A stretch of DNA of 64,000 bases. Origin: Octopus sinensis (taxonomy: Eukaryota). The translations under genes and the position numbers were made by a program. The stretch lies in assembly GCF_006345805.1 (NCBI RefSeq), contig NC_042998.1, positions 90,954,001 through 91,018,000 of the forward strand. The letters are read 5' to 3'. The notes below the pieces were generated by a model. The model was not told the origin of the DNA. It worked only from the letters and a program-made list of their open reading frames with translations, and did no database searches. Position 1 is the first letter of the stretch. The number at the start of each line of letters is the position of its first letter. Positions 61,377 to 64,000 of the stretch are shown here, piece after piece.

Positions 61377-63282
61377 ATATTGTTATATTTCGGAATGGTC
61401 ATATTGCCAGTTTAGCCAATAAAAACACACGCACTATATATTTGGTGTTATTTTGCTTCAGTGATATTTATTTTTTACATTAATCTTAATCTTATTTCGG
61501 CCAAAGTTCTTTCGTCACACTCCTGTGACCGCATCAGTGGTCCTTTGTTTTCTTCTCACTTATTTGTGTCTCTCCTTACTAACCGTCAGCCATTTTGTAT
61601 TTCTATTGCATGTCTTCATTTGCGCATGCTTATATCTCTATGTGCGTCTATGTTTATTTAGTGTGTGTGTGGGGGGGATGCCTGTAATATTTGTATCTTC
61701 TGTTTATATACATTCTTGTAATTTGTATTTTGTTTTTGTTGTTGTTGCTTTTGTTCTAATTTTGTTCATGTGTTTACATCCACCCATTATTATCATTACA
61801 TATGCTTGTATGTATGTATAACAACAATATTAGTAATAATAATAATAAATCTAATCGAAAAAAAAAATATATATATACACACATATATACACTAATACAT
61901 ATATATATATATACACATATACATACATAGATATATATATACATATATATAGTTATTCATTTCTATCTGTTTATTTATCTGTGTATTTATTATGTTTTCA
62001 GGATCCTCTATCGTCATATGTTGTGGTGTGTGCTATTGCTCCATTCTAGTTTTCTATTCAGGCTAGGTTTATTTTCTATTATATGTGTAGCTTCTGTAAT
62101 TTGTCTAATTGTTGCATCTGTTCTATGTGGGACAATATCTTAATCTCTATGTTATTGATTGATCCCCCGTGTTCCTGTTCGGCGTGTTGGTACAGAATCG
62201 ATGAGCTTTTACCTTCCTTGAGTTGTCTCCAATGTTCATTCACCCGCTCTCCAATGCTTCTTGCTGTTTCCCCTACGTATGTTACTGTCTTGTTACTGCA
62301 TCGTCCTTCTATACATCTTATGTAGTCTATAGTATAAGATGTATAGAAGGACGATGCAGTAACAAGACAGTAACATACGTAGGGGAAACAGCAAGAAGCA
62401 TTGGAGAGCGGGTGAATGAACATTGGAGACAACTCAAGGAAGGTAAAAGCTCATCGATTCTGTACCAACACGCCGAACAGGAACACGGGGGATCAATCAA
62501 TAACATAGAGATTAAGATATTGTCCACACATAGAACAGATGCAACAATTAGACAAATTACAGAAGCTACACATATAATAGAAAATAAACCTAGCCTGAAT
62601 AGAAAACTAGAATGGAGCAATAGCACACACCACAACATATGACGATAGAGGATCCTGAAAACATAATAAATACACAGATAAATAAACAGATAGAAATGAA
62701 TAACGATATATATGTATATATATCTATGTATGTATATGTGTATATATATATATGTATATGTGTATATATGTGTATATATATATATATATATATTTTTTTT
62801 TCCGATTAGATTTATTATTATTATTTCTAATATTGTTGTTATACATACATACAAGCATATGTAATGATAATAATGGGTGGATGTAAACACATGAACAAAA
62901 TTAGAACAAAAGCAACAACAACAAAAACAAAATACAAATTACAAGAATGTATATAAACAGAAGATACAAATATTACAGGCATCCCCCCACACACACACTA
63001 AATAAACATAGACGCACATAGAGATATAAGCATGCGCAAATGAAGACATGCAATAGAAATACAAAATGGCTGACGGTTAGTAAGGAGAGACACAAATAAG
63101 TGAGAAGAAAACAAAGGACCACTGATGCGGTCACAGGAGTGTGACGAAAGAACTTTGGCCGAAATAAGATTAAGATTAATGTAAAAAATAAATATCACTG
63201 AAGCAAAATAACACCAAATATATAGTGCGTGTGTTTTTATTGGCTAAACTGGCAATATGACCATTCCGAAATATAACAATAT
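61377..63282. mobile_element. Palindromic Penelope-like element: ~945-bp inverted arms (61377-62321 / 62334-63282), 12-nt spacer
   Basis: Arms are reverse complements with only a few differences, mostly in internal (TA)-type microsatellites; mirrored ORFs in the track; TA-rich tracts on both sides. Confidence 0.92.
62223..62642 (+). CDS. GIY-YIG endonuclease domain ORF (Penelope-like), N-terminus supplied by the inverted arm
   Basis: YVVYSIRCIEGRC...TYVGETARSIGERVNEH...LYQHAEQEH...RQITEATHI...PSLNRKLEW. Confidence 0.8.
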   Translation: MSPMFIHPLSNASCCFPYVCYCLVTASSFYTSYVVYSIRCIEGRCSNKTVTYVGETARSIGERVNEHWRQLKEGKSSSILYQHAEQEHGGSINNIEIKILSTHRTDATIRQITEATHIIENKPSLNRKLEWSNSTHHNI

Positions 63283-63336
63283 ATATATATATATATAATA
63301 TATATACAGGCATAAATTCATACACCTGCATGCACG

Positions 63337-63378
<42 letters not shown>

Positions 63379-63593
63379 TAAAGACATATACATCCTCCAA
63401 TCACACACCTACACCCGCACATATACAAAAATATATACATATCCGTATAAATGAAGGGAACGTGTACATGAAAGTCGCACTTATGCACCGGACACAGTCC
63501 GGACACAGTCTATATAAATATATCTCTTTCAGTTTCTGCCTGCCAAATCCACTCACTAGGCTCTTTGGTAGGTCCGAGGCCACAGTAGAAGAC

Positions 63594-63655
63594 ATTTGCA
63601 CCAAGACACTTGCACCAAGACACTTGCACCAAGTGAGACTGCACCAGAGACCAAG
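63594..63655. repeat. 14-bp tandem repeat (ttgcaccaagacac) x~3 plus degenerate copies
   Basis: Direct read; appears to expand from the end of a SINE A fragment. Confidence 0.75.
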
Positions 63656-64000
63656 CTTCTTATCACACAGCCAGGCCTGTGCCTCTATAGAGAAAGTTTA
63701 AATGAATTTAAATGCATTGACAAGAAGTCTGATGAGGTGAGCGTATGTTATATCCCTCATAGTGACTTAAAAGGTTATCTTTGCAATAAATCCTGTTGTC
63801 ATCATATTTCTATTGAAATAAACGGGCTTCGTTTTAATTTCTTTTTAAAAATTGAAAATTTGGCAAAATAACTTTCTCATTGTTATGCTGGAGTTTGGAA
63901 CAAATAAATGTAAGATTTTGTTAGAAGATTTTAATTTTGTCACTTTAAAACAGAAAGTTTGTGTCATAGAACCAAGATCAGTGTTTAATAAGACTGTTAA

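Noticed and set aside
63729-63770. CUGAUGAG core start
   Set aside because: No GAAA half or stem III follows; not a hammerhead.

Overview
AT-rich, microsatellite-rich animal genomic DNA, most likely Octopus or another coleoid cephalopod (inferred from repeat families and composition; no search was run). Bases 1036-35544 hold the last 23 coding exons (+ strand, all GT-AG introns) of the cytosolic valyl-tRNA synthetase gene. The exons splice into one open frame of 892 aa plus stop and include KMSKS; the HIGH-motif exons lie upstream of the window. I recognise no second host gene. The introns and the 28 kb downstream are full of mobile elements: four short interspersed repeat families, RTE and R4/Dong LINE fragments, hAT elements with 8-bp TSDs, a piggyBac-type MITE carrying a Helentron-like insert, several solo LTRs, and a mellifera-like mariner interrupted by a very young tRNA-Trp-primed non-autonomous LTR element. 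The most striking items are two RT-less Penelope-like (GIY-YIG) elements, both set in (TA)n tracts. The first is an intronic ~3.2-kb unit with an open GIY-YIG ORF, a hammerhead ribozyme with an 84-nt stem II and a perfect 69-bp inverted repeat. The second is a ~1.9-kb near-perfect palindrome whose centre falls on the GIY motif. Most short ORFs in the supplied track are spurious.
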